The notes under the pieces: generated by a model
Databases searched by the model: none
Told to the model about the DNA's origin: nothing
Seen by the model: only the letters and a program-made list of their open reading frames with translations
Assembly (NCBI RefSeq): GCF_963921235.1
Contig: NC_086109.1
Coordinates: 24,430,001 to 24,494,000 of the forward strand
DNA length: 64,000 nt
Direction: 5' to 3'
From: Mobula hypostoma
Lineage: Eukaryota
Shown: piece after piece, positions 14,455-26,174 of the stretch
Position numbering within the stretch: the stretch's first letter is position 1
Layout of the letters: each line of letters starts with the position of its first letter
Program-made: the position numbers and the translations under genes

Positions 14455-14935
14455 ATCAGAATCAGGTTTACTATCACTGACAAATGTTGTGAAATGTGTT
14501 GCTTTGTGCAACAGTACAGTGCAATACATAAAATATACTATGAATTGTAGTAAGAAATATATATAAAATTCAATATGTGGTGCAAAAGAGAAGAAAACAG
14601 TGAGGTAGTGTTCATGGGTTCATAATCTGTTCAGAGATCTGATGGTGGAGAGGAAGAAACTGTTCCTAAAATATTGAATGTGTACCTTCTCTTGGCTGGT
14701 AGCAATGAGAACAGGGGATGTCCCAAGTGGTGGTGTTCCTTAATGATGGGTATTGTCTTTTGGAAGCATCGCCTTTTGAAGGTGTCCTCAGCAGCGGGGA
14801 GGCGATTGACCATGATGGAGATGGCCGAGATTATAGCTTTCTGCGGCTTTTTTCAATCACGTGCAATGGCCCCTCTACACCAGATGGTATCACGACCATG
14901 GTACATCTGTAGAAATTTGCTGGAATCTTTGGTAA
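14455..14935 (-). mobile_element. Rex1/Babar LINE 3' fragment
   Basis: LPAAEDTFKRRCFQKTIPIIKEHHHLGHPLFSLLPAKRRY matches the IIKDPxHPGHxLFSLLPSGRRY C-terminal motif. Confidence 0.75.
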
Positions 14936-15761
14936 CATGAAGCCCCTTTTGCCTAATTTGTGGCAAAGTCTACAGATTCCTCATTGGCTTCATGCGCCAC
15001 TTCTAAACTCACAGAAGTGGAATGGAAACAAGTCAGCCTCAGACCCAAGGGACTGCATGTGGTGGTTAAATCCAAGATCAAAGATGTGCAATGGAAGTAG
15101 AATTTCTGAATGTGCTATCAAACATGCTTTTTTATGACATTCCCTAATATGAAATAAGTAGAAATGGAACAGCAGAGCACTTTTAACAAGTCATAACTAT
15201 AAAGTCCCAGGGACATTCTAGAGCAAGTAAGAGAAGCAGAAAGTAGTTTCATTAAAAAAAACGCTCTTGGAGATTCAGCAAAAACTTGCACACAAGAGCA
15301 GAAAGCTGCACTGGGAATGTACATGACAGGAACAGCAGTTATATAAATGGGATACATCTCAAGAACTAATGTCACCCAGCTCTTACAGAACATTTATTCA
15401 ATATGCATACACTGTCACTTCTTTACTGCATGTTGTAAGCATATTTATATACAGTAGCTGATCTAAATTAACCGCCAATGGGATTGAGTATGAAACTGTC
15501 AAATTTAGCTCACAGAGGCATTAGTTTACATTTCTTGTGTAATTGTATGTCAACAATTATACAAGAAATATCATTTCAAACTACATATATTTTATAATAT
15601 ATATATTAATCATAACACTTATGGCATGTCTAGCAATGGAAGTGGATCATGATTTGATTCCTTATTGCTTTAGATCCTGTGCTTCTCATGTCTCGTTTTT
15701 TCTCCTCAGTGCACGTGTCCCTTTGGCCTCCAGTTGATTAGCCCGGTTGAAGGCATTAGGG

Positions 15762-15952
15762 CAGGGGTGGCCAACTTTTTACATTCCATGTGTCAATTAT
15801 TTCGTGCACGAGTTCAGATGCGATTTTTTCATGCACGAGTTCTATATTAACATATTTTTACAAGAATTGTCGGGGTACAAGAGTGGTATGGCGCATCTGA
15901 ACTCGTGCGTGAAAAAATTGACGCATGGAATGTAAAAGGTTGGCCACCCCTG
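15762..15952. mobile_element. hAT-type MITE, 191 bp, with ~60-bp TIRs
   Basis: Begins CAGGGGTGGCCAAC, ends GTTGGCCACCCCTG; 8-bp flanks CATTAGGG (15754-15761) and CATCAAGG (15953-15960) match at 6/8. Confidence 0.85.
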
Positions 15953-16658
15953 CATCAAGGTATGTTTCTGCTTATCCTGTTAAATCCTCTGGAATGTACA
16001 GTTCGTGTGCTTACATAATGTCAGAGGGTATTTTGTTGCACTTTGGGATAAAATATTGAGTGAAATAAACTGTTCTAAAATCCTGGAGATATTTATAACG
16101 AAGGCTCTGAGTAATTCAGGATTTAATTGATGGTGTGATTGGCTTAATGAACAGATTGCTTGAAGCAAACAAGCAATTCCCATCCTGCTGTCACTGCTCT
16201 CTCAACAATGGTGGCAAGGTTAGCAAGGAGGCAAATTAGACGTGGGATTGGTATGAAAATGTTTCAATAGATTAATAACTGAATTTGTGAAAAATTAACT
16301 CTATTGTAATATATTGATAAACGCTTCAAGCCAATGTCTAACTCAAAAGGCTACCAAAAAAAGTACATTTGAAAAGGCATCCTGACTTAGTTGACAAAAC
16401 TTTTTGTGTCACATGGCCAACAGATTCAAGCACAACACCAGTACATATACAAAGGCTGATGTTGCTGGAGTAATGATATTGAAAGAGAAACTACACTTAG
16501 GATCAAGCAAAGTAAGATTTTTTCAAATATTTTTTAAAATCCCATAAAATCATTTGAAAAGTCATCTCTTGATCCGCATTTTAAAATTAGCTACCCTTTA
16601 AGTTCTTGGTGTTTATGCTGGCATAGAAGTTTTCCTATAATTATTTACAAAATGTATA

Positions 16659-17539
16659 TAGGTTGAGTACTCCTTATCTGAAATTACAAAATCCAAAAAT
16701 TTCTGAAATCCGGAATTTTTTGAATGCTGACATGACGTCACAAATGGAAAATTCCACAAGGCGCTAGGGAAGTTCCTAGGCTATGCACAGGTCTCTGTAC
16801 ACCATGGACTGTTCTGAGAAGTGACCTCAGATATATAACAAACAGAAGTTAATGAGAATAGAAAAACACTGCATGAACTGAAAAATTATGATCTTGATTG
16901 TGTATTGACAGAAAGGATTTGTCTGTGTCAGAGTGAACATTGTTTAAAATGCTATAAATGCCTCTTATTGGTATGCTGATCATGAAACAAGCAAAGATCA
17001 AAAAAGATGAACTGTAAATTTAAGGTAATTGTGAACATTCTGCAGACTGGTTTGCAGAATTTTAAGAATAAGTATGGTATTAAATTGTAGAAGGTTTGTG
17101 GTGATAAAGCGTCTGCTGATCATGAAGCGGCAGAGAAATTCATTGATGTGTTTGCCAAGATCATCGTTGATGAAAACCTACATGCTGAACAGTTGCATCA
17201 GTACGTACGTGTGATGAACAAGTGTAGGACAAAGACTGCTTACTCGTAACACATAAATTCAGAGTCGGGAATTATGGCAATGCCAAACAGCCATTGACTG
17301 TTCACCTGGGTGGCTGAGGTATATTGCATCATGCACAAAATTATTTAAAATATTATACTAAACTACCTTCAGGGTATATGAATAAGCTGTATATGTAATG
17401 CAAATAGACTTTGTGTTTGGACTTGGGTCCCGTGCCCAAGGTATCTCATTATATAGATGCAAATATTCCAAATTACAAAAAATCCAAAAACCAAAATATT
17501 TCCAGCCACAAGCATTTCAGATAAGGTGCGCTCAACCTG
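16659..17539 (+). mobile_element. Internally deleted Tigger/pogo DNA transposon (Tigger4/MER46-like ends)
   Basis: TIRs (T)AGGTTGAGTACTCCTTATCTGAAAT and ATTTCAGATAAGGTGCGCTCAACCTG with TA on both sides; CENP-B-type HTH remnant LQNFKNKYGIK...KVCGDKASADHEAAEKF. Confidence 0.85.
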
Positions 17540-20049
17540 TATTACCATTGACTTTTGGAAGCATTTTAGCACAAAGTATCCACCACTAACACCTGCTCCA
17601 CGTGTATTGTATGCATTTAGAAGTTTATGAAGTGGAAAGCTTGGACATTTCTTGCCTCGAGCTCTGCAACCTCAACACACACCTGTCCTTTGGTCCAAAG
17701 ATATCTCACCCAATAACGATAAAACAGGGGAAAAGCTGTGATTAATCAAGAGAAATATAATTGTATTCTGTCCACACTCTGTCAATTTACCCTGGGCTAA
17801 GCACATACTATCCTTGCCTGACCGTCAAGAGCTTTCTAAAAGATTTGAACACATTGCTCAAGCCACAATTGCAATGCACTATCTGTGTCATTTACGGATG
17901 AGACATTTAACTGAGGAACAGTTTGTCCTTTCAGGTATATATATAAAAATCCCATTACAATATTATGAAAAAGACAGGGAGGGTTTCTCTGGAGTTCCAG
18001 GCCAAAGTTCATCTTTCCATGTCCATTATGAAGACGAATTATTTGGTCCCAAACTGATGCTTTTTTTGTGCACATACTGTGTGCAGTTTGGTCACCAAGA
18101 GTCCTTAGAATATAGAAGGGGCTACACTATCATGATGAGGTTATGAATGGTGATGCATACCATTCATTAAAAGCTATAAAGACCTGGAATGGCCTTCAAA
18201 AAAGGTCATTTTTATTAAAATATTTTCTGTCAGGATTGCTCGCAATATATTATGTATTTGTTCCTAAATACTTTTGCAGGTTATCTTAACGATGAGGAAA
18301 ACATAGAATTAATTCATTTTGATGCTCATATTTGTCAGTCATTTGGCAATTAACCCCTTGATTACTGTTGTCATGGAGATTTAATGACAATATAATTAGG
18401 GTCACAATGATTCTGCCACAGGAGTTTGCAATGCTGGTTGCACTTACTGCATGCTTCAAAAGCAGAACATCCCTTCAAGGCTTAGACTTTGAAAGGCTCT
18501 GTTCCAACATGATAATGGAAATGCTATCATGTCCCTGAGATTGTTTCAAGAACATAGTTAATAAAGATTTTTTTTCATCTTTAATTTCTTTTTTTTTGAC
18601 GTTGATGCAATTAGACAATAAGGTGAGTGAGCAGATGCACATTTAACATATATTTTTGAACACTGGAGGCTATTTCACAGGATAAGCAGAAGCTGACATT
18701 CACTCCAAGTCCTCACGAGAAGGGAAAGACGAGCATCTTGCCAGGGATTTGTTGCTGCCCTGTCTGACATTGCCGTTTGCTATTTCTCGACCTTTAACAT
18801 TCAGTTGCTTGGTGAGCAAAATAGAGTTTCAGATTGGACTCAGATTTATTTATCAGATATAATTGGAACATATATTGAAATGTGTTGTTTGTGTTAACAA
18901 CCAACACACCCAAGGATGTACTGGGGGGGGGGCAGCCCAGAAGTGTCACCACACAGTCTGCAGCTAACATAGTGACCTCCAGGTATCGACTCCAGAGCTC
19001 GCAGTTCACAGGTTTGACCGTTGGGCCTTGAGCGGCACAACCTCTGGGATCGCTGACCTATGACCGCAGAGCACTTCGGGTCTCTCAGCTTGCGGACTCA
19101 CAAGGACCTCCAGTCTCAGTGGCCTGGTGGGGGTGAGGTGGTCATGTCACTGGCCCATGTGACGCATGCCTACTCGGACCTTCGACTCGGGCTTCGCTGA
19201 CCTCGGGGTCACTGGTCTCATCATGGACCATGTGCAGGCAGAAGGGATCAGGTATCATTAGCTTAACTAGCTTGACAAAACATCATAGGCGTAAGGGCTG
19301 ATTCCTGTGCAGTATTGTTGTACATTCTTTGTTCTGCAACTGCTTTGCACTTTGTGGGGGAAGCTTCAGCCTTGCCCAATGTGTTTATGATATGGAATTA
19401 CACAGTTCCTGCTCACACAGTTCTCTGGTGGCACCACACGCCACCCCCCAGCCTCTTATTTGATTCAAGGCAGGAATAGCCAATCTCATAATGTGCCCGT
19501 AAGTGCTCTGTTTGTGATGATGACCGTCTTTCTTAGCTAGCACATCCAATACAGCCTGGTGACAACATTGAGAAAGGACACTGCTAAATTAGTTTGCTGA
19601 ATCTCCTGTCTGAGCAGGATTTTTATGCTTGGTTTAAGGGAAGGACAGAGATTACACAGACAAGTACAGTACTTTTCGTTTCTAACAAAACCATTGGCTT
19701 TGCAGAGCAACTTTGCAGGTGAGTTCCAGTGGCTCATCGATACGGGCAGTGAGGAACCATGGGGTGACCTTCCTCCTTCGCAAATCTGGTGCAACGTTAA
19801 TGTGGCAGCTCATGGATTGAGTTGCCTGAAATTCGATGAAAATGTTGGGAAATGGGATGACTCCAGCAGAAAACATGGGAGCGCATGTTCAAGTGGTAAT
19901 CTGAAACACTGATGCCACCATAGCTCAAGGTGTGGAGCTTTAGTAGATGGCTAAATATCTAATATTATAGCTACATACAAGACAGAATCAATCCTTTTTG
20001 TCCAGTGAGTCTGGACAAAGCATCAACAACCTGTTTACATTAGTCCTAT

Positions 20050-20745
20050 TTCCCTAAGATCCTTCCCTTTCTACTATGGTCCAGTCTCCTCTCCTTTCAG
20101 ATTCCTTCATCTCCAGCCCGTTACCTTTCCCACCCACCTGGCTTCACTTATCATCTTCTAGCTATCCTCCGTCCCCTCCCCCCACCTTTTTATTCCAGCG
20201 TCTTCCCCCTTTTCTCCAGTCCTAAAGAAGGGTCTCAACACTGTTTATTCATTTCCATCAATGCTGCCTGACCTACTGAGTTCAGATGAGAATAGACTCC
20301 AAAGAACCGTCAGGGCTGCAGAAAGGATTATTGGTGTGAAGCTGCCCCCGATCCAGGACTTATATGCATCTAGAGTCAGGAAGCGAGCAAGCAGCATCAT
20401 TGTAGACCCATCACACCCTGGACATCACCTGTTCCAACTCCTTCCTTCTGGTAGGAGCTTTAGATCACTGTATTCCAGGACAAACAGATACAAGAACAGT
20501 TTCTTTCTTTATGCCATCAGTCTTATGAACACTTGAATTTTAGTCTATTATAAACCAAGTCCACCTGTACATACACAGGTATACCTCATTGTATATAGTT
20601 CATGATTATTTGCACTATTGTTTTGTTTGCTTTTTGATTCTGTACAGCGAGAGCTCAGGGAAAGAGGTATCAAATTCCCTGGATGTGTCCACATACTTGG
20701 CGATTCTGATTCTGCTTTGGATTTCCAGCATCTGCAGACTTTCTG
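20050..20745 (+). mobile_element. Old PLE 3' terminus interrupted by a Rex1-type LINE 3' end (~20284-20712)
   Basis: Pyrimidine-rich UTR, decayed hammerhead CAGTCCTAAAGAAGGGTCTC and TGCTGCCTGACC; then RVRKRASSIIVDPSHPGHHLFQLLPSGRSFRS with (GATTCT)n tail; PLE end GATTTCCAGCATCTGCAG resumes at ~20720. Confidence 0.7.
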
Positions 20746-20749
20746 ATTA

Positions 20750-20985
20750 ATCCTATTTTATTTCTCCCTACATTTGCATCAACTCACCCAGATTTTATCC
20801 TCACCTACACCGTGGGGATAACTTACAATGGATGTAGGTAGAAACTAGAGTACTTGGAGGAAAACACACACAATCACACAGAGAATGCCTATACTCCATA
20901 TGAAACAGCACTCAAGGTTAGGATTGAGCGTAGCCTCTGGTGCTATGAGTCAGCAGTTCAAACATATGGACCCACTGTGCTGTGG
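20750..20985 (-). mobile_element. Degenerate V-SINE-like SINE
   Basis: GGATGTAGGTAGAAACTAGAGTACTTGGAGGAAAACACACA is similar to the core of the 10.7-11.0 kb SINE. Confidence 0.45.
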
Positions 20986-21074
20986 AAGAGGGTGGCAGCT
21001 AATGAAGCTAATGACAGGTGCTGTGTGGAGCAAGTGACAATTGCTACCTATCTTTGCATCCTTATCTCCATTAT

Positions 21075-21742
21075 CACAAAATACTCTGCAGATGCTGGGA
21101 TCAAAGCAACACTCACAACATGCTGGAAGAACTCAGCAAGTCGAGCAGCATCCGTGGAAACGATCAGTCAACGTTTTGGGCCGGAATCCTTCGTCAGGAC
21201 TGAAGAGGGAGGGGGCAGAGGCCCTATAAAGAAGGTGGGGGGAGGGTGGGAAGGAGAAGGCTGGTAGGTTCCAGGTGAAAAACCAGTAAGGGGAAAGATC
21301 AAGGGGTGGGGGAGGGGAAGCAGGGAGGTGATAGGCAGGAAAGGTGAAGAAGGAATAGGGGAAAACACAATGGGTAGTAGAAGGAGGTGGAACCATGAGG
21401 GAGGTAATAGGCAGCTGGGGGAGGGGGTAGAATGAAATAGGGATAGGGGAAGGGAGAGGGATGGAATTACTGGAAGTTGAAGAATTCTATGTCCATACCA
21501 AGGGGCTGGAGACTACCTAGACAGTATATGAGGTGTTCCTCCTCCAACCTGAGTTTAGCCTCATCATGGCAGTAGAGGAGGTCATGTATGGACATATCTG
21601 AATGGGAATGGGAAGCAGAGTTGAAGTGTGTGGCTGCTGGGAGATCCTGTCTGTTGTGGCGGAGGTGCTCGATGAAGCAGTCCCCCAATCTGCGTCGGGT
21701 TTCACCGATGTAGAGGAGGCCGCACTGGGAGCACCGGATGCA
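21075..21742 (-). mobile_element. PLE 3' fragment of a second subfamily (GIY-YIG plus terminal repeat, degenerate hammerhead at 21165-21202)
   Basis: YIGETRRRLGDCFIEHL...QDLPAATHFNSASHSHSDMSIH...LGSLQPLGMDIEF; reverse strand reads CAGTC-CTGACGA-AGGATTCCGGCCC-AAAA-CGTT-GACTG. Confidence 0.85.
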
Positions 21743-23554
21743 AAATCCTTATCTCCATGTTGGTTAAAGTGTTTTCTCTTTAAAATGTGGGTCAGGAGCC
21801 AGCTTGAAAACCCACCAGGACAGACAGAAGAAAACTTGCAGACTTCTGTAATATTTCTCACCAGCAAGCAGTAGTAGCAGTGGTGGAACATACTGAGGGT
21901 GTGGATGTCAGAGAGGGGCTGGAGTGAGTTGTGCTGTGGTGCTCTGCACTCTTTAGCAACTTGCCTTCATGACTGAAGGGAGTTGGTCACTCCCGGCTGA
22001 TGGGAACATTCAACTGAGCATTCAACAGTGACCACAGCAAGAGCAGAAAAAAAATAAAGGGGCATTTACAAACAAGGAAACTGATGCTATAAGCTGGAAC
22101 AATCACTGGACCAGAATCCAAACACTTGTTAAGTGGGAGATAAATAGATCACAGTGTGATAAGTTGGTGATTAAAAAATGACTGTGAATCCGACTTCTGG
22201 CAACTCCCATACCTCATCCATAACCTTATCGTATGCAAGCAACAAAAGTAACCTACTTGTGCACAACATAATTCAATCACTCGGCTCCCTGTCATGTGTC
22301 CTGTACTTTGCAGTTGCTCAGAAATAGCCTGTGCACTCTGAGGAATACCACAGAGAAATCTCTCCACAAGATTTGCCAGTCATTCCAGTTTCTCGAATGA
22401 ATTATTTGCTTAGGTCTCTCTGATGGAGAAACCATACAAAACGCTCCAGGCCTGCAATATGGGCTTGTACGGCTCCCAAGCAAAACTTCCAGATGGCCTG
22501 GCGTATTAAAAACTTTATTTGAATGGTGGCTGAGAAAGATCAGGTGAAAACAGGCTCATTCAAGGGAATGTGTCCAAACAAAACTATTTCACATTTAAAA
22601 AAATAATTTTCATAGGATTTTAAACTGCTCCACCCAATACCAGGCTTCGGAAAATATTGTGGGGGAGGAGAGAGGCCTATTTAATCATAGCGTTTTTACA
22701 TTCCATCCTTTACACTGACCTCCCACCCTCTACCTCCACTTCAAAGGGGCATCCTAGGAACACTTTCTGCTGGCCAACTTTCCTTAAATTTCTTCAAAGG
22801 TTACAGTGATGATTATTTTGGTACAGCTTAACCAAACAGATGAATTTGAGGGCCTGAATTCCAACCTTTGGAAAATATACCGGGGGAAGTGGCACTGAGC
22901 AGCAGAAGGGGTGGGAGGAGGAAGTTAGTAAAGGTTAGAGGTCAGAGGTGTGACTAAAATCCTTGGGGACTTGAAGGAGCGGCTTTAGGCACCAACAAAA
23001 GCACAGGCATTTCATGAAGCGTTTTATTCTGTGTGAAACAAGAGACTTTAAATAAGATATTAAATGATCAGGCAGAAATGGAGAGTGCCAGACGATAAGT
23101 ACATTAGAATATAGGAATGGTTGTCTTCATTCACAGGTCTCTTACTCATTTTAACCATGTAACGGTCCATAGTTTTAAGGAATGCACAGCAAAAAAGTGA
23201 GAATGGAAGCAATTCCAGATTCCTCAGGAAATATAGAAATTCCAGATTCTGCATATTCATGCCTTGATACCAACTGACTTACATATTATAATTCAATTCT
23301 CCAATTGTCCATTACAAGTAGAGATGAGGTAACCCCGTAGCTTTGTTAGTCATGTCCAACTCATACTATCTTTTTTCAGGGCAGCCCTTTAGGATCAAGG
23401 ATTACTTGCTTTTATTATGATTGATGGGGCGCAGTGTGCAAACTGGAGACTTTTCTTCAAGTGGGGCAGGAGGGAGCTGAAGGGGAAGGCGAAAGTAGCT
23501 TGTGGCACATCGACTCCTTCAGCAATGGGCTACACATTCCCAGGAGATGGTACA

Positions 23555-23915
23555 GAGCAACACAGAAAATGCTGGAGGAATTCAGGAGGCCAGGCAGCAC
23601 AAATGGACAGGAATAAACAGTCTTGATGGAAAGTCTCAGCCCAAAACATTGACTGGCAACCCCATTGCCTCATCATATGCAAGCAACAAATGTAATTTTA
23701 ATATTGCACAAAATAATTCAGCCACTCAGCTCCTCGTCATGAAACAGATCAACACACACAAAATGCTGGAGGAACTCAGAAGGTCAGGTAGTATCTATGG
23801 TCCTGTTAAACAGTCCTGACGGATGGTCTCCATCGATGCTTCCTGACCCACTGAGTTCCTCCAGCATTTTGTGTGCGCTGCTCTGGATTTTCAGCAACTA
23901 CAGAATCTCTTGCAT
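23555..23915. mobile_element. Cluster of old PLE termini, including a fold-back pair at ~23750-23915
   Basis: CACACAAAATGCTGGAGGAACTCAG ... CTGAGTTCCTCCAGCATTTTGTGTG in inverted orientation, with decayed CAGTCCTGACG core between. Confidence 0.65.
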
Positions 23916-23974
23916 TTATGAGATTATGCAGATATTGGTATCGGTATATCAAAATGGTATCGGTATTTGTTAAG

Positions 23975-24587
23975 TAGGTACCGTGCACAATTCTGATTTG
24001 ATGGAGACAGACGTGAGAGTACGGAGGAACATCTGGAGAAACTTCTGAAATGCCTGCTTCGCTGTCGCTGCTACTGTGTGGTCCGGAATCTCCGGAGGAG
24101 AAAGCCTCTGAATCCTCGGCTTTGCTTGCTTCAGCGGCCAGAACGAGGTCGAAGGCGCTCAGCAGAGGATGGCGCTCAGGAGGCTGTATCAGAGGGGTTG
24201 GTTGGAGGCTCGAAGTTTTCGGACGGACTCAGAGTCGGCTGTCGGGAGTTTCCAATGCATTGGCAGTTGTCAGTTGTCGGTGCTTGGAGGTTTATGGCAG
24301 GGAGAATTTCTCCCTTTTACCGCCTGCTATTGGGGACTATCAGAGTCGATCGGGACTTGAGACTTTTCTTTTACCGTGCCCATGGACTGCTCTTCATCAA
24401 ATTATGGTATTGTTTTGCACTGCTGTAACTATATGTTATAATTATGTGGTTTTGTCAGTGTTAGTCTTTGGTTTGTCCTGTTTTTTTGTGATATCACTGG
24501 AGGAACATTGTATCATTTTTTAATGCATGCATTTCTAAATGACAATAAACGAGGACTGAGTGTCCTCATAATCTAATCTAATCTAAT
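23975..24587 (+). mobile_element. Young-looking non-autonomous retroposon or LINE 3' UTR, family unassigned
   Basis: CpG-rich body; AATAAA, then hairpin GAGGAC-TGAGT-GTCCTC and a (TAATC)n tail at ~24568-24587. Confidence 0.5.
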
Positions 24588-24626
24588 ACTGTGTTTCTTA
24601 AACAAAACTTTAATCTCATCCTTGAT

Positions 24627-24730
24627 GTCCTGATGAAGGCTCTCGGCCTGAAATATCCACTGTCCTCTTTTCCATAGATGCTGCCTGGCCTGCTGAGTTC
24701 CTCCAGCATTTTATGTGTGTTGCTTGAAAC
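24627..24730 (+). mobile_element. Short PLE terminus with hammerhead core
   Basis: CTGATGA (24630-24636), AGG/CCT stem, GAAA (24650-24653), followed by GATGCTGCCTGGCCTGCTGAGTTCCTCCAGCA. Confidence 0.7.
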
Positions 24731-26051
24731 ATTTTCCCTGATTTCCCCTGTCTACCTGGCAGACCCTTTCCAGAACAGAGTGTTTGTACCTGGGACTCTG
24801 ATATTTTACATGCAATCAACATGGCTTGACCAACGTGGCCTTCTGAGAGTAGCTGGAGCTTCATTGCTAGGGATATTGACCTTGGAGAGTACACTGATGT
24901 TGATTTCTTTATCCTTCCATTCAACGTGAAGGATTTTCTGGCAAGAAAGTTTGTAGTGCTTTGCCAGGGCCTTGAGATGCTTGCTGAGGGTATGTAGATC
25001 CCAGAAGCGAGATTGACTTAACAAGTCAGTTTTTTGTTTAATATTTCTCCATGATATCAATGATATTCTTTAATACTACAAAACCTGAAACCTTTCTACT
25101 CCTCTAACTTTAGCAGGATTTTATGGTCTGGTGTGCACTGCTGATGTGCAGCAATGGTGGCAGATTATATTGCAACATTCATTACTGGACTGGAAATGGA
25201 TTTGAAAAGGCAGAGGTAGGTTAGATAGGCACAGATGGTAACCTCGGGCAGGGGAGCCTAACACAATATGGAATAAGCTGTCAGAGGAGAAGTTAGAGGC
25301 AGATTACTTGTTACATGTTAAGGGCAGGTATATACGAACATGTACATAGATTCGGAAATCTTCAAGGGATGTGGGCCAAATGCAACACATGGGATTAGTT
25401 TAGATAGGCATCTGGGTCAGTATGGACAACTTGGACTGAAGGAACTATTTCATGCTGTGTTTTGTAATGAATCAATATGAGGCCTGAGTTCTATTGAATT
25501 TTTAAGGAAGTTCAGATATTAACAGAAATAATACTTAGAATAACTAAATTTGAAGTTCGATTCCACTCATTTGGTGGAGGTTTAGAACTGTAATTTATGT
25601 ATATTTAGACTCTTAAAGGTTGCTGTCAATCTTCCCTGTGCGTTGTGTACTGAACTTAATGTAAGAGGCATTCTGGGTAGATGAGTTACAAGCAAAGTAA
25701 AGTCTGCACGTTTGTTACTCACCTTCCTGTCTTTCATGTGTGTTACGGCCACCTGACCCACCAGCACAACATACATAACAACTGGTGTTGGGGAGACAAA
25801 TTCTCAAGTGATATTTATTATTTTGTTCCCTTCAGCAAGAAAAGTCTGCATGCAATGCTGGTGGTGTACCACTGTGTAATGTGGGTGAGCGAAAAGAAAA
25901 CGGTCGCAGAAAGCGTGGTGAGTGAAAGATCCGAAGGGAGGGAATGAGATGGTTAAATAAAACAAAGAAGAGAGGGCAGGAGAGACAGATAAGATTAGTT
26001 AACTTTTCTGGAAAGTAATTGTGTTTGAAAGTGGTGACAATATTTGAACGT

Positions 26052-26174
26052 AAACACGAGGGATTCTGCAGATGCTGGAAATTCAAGCAACACACATCAA
26101 AGTTGCTGGTGAACGCAGCAGGCCAGGCAGCATCTCTAGGAAGAGGTACAGTCGGCGTTTTGGGCCGAGACCCT
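26052..26174 (-). mobile_element. 123-bp PLE terminus inserted at the start of Gypsy gag
   Basis: 9-bp TSD TTTGAACGT at 26043-26051 and 26175-26183; sequence matches the reverse complement of ~59042-59164. Confidence 0.9.

Noticed and set aside
18280..18352. Possible exon after TTTTGCAG (GYLNDEENIELIHFDAHICQSFGN*)
   Set aside because: No nearby donor and no recognisable product; cannot be supported from sequence alone.
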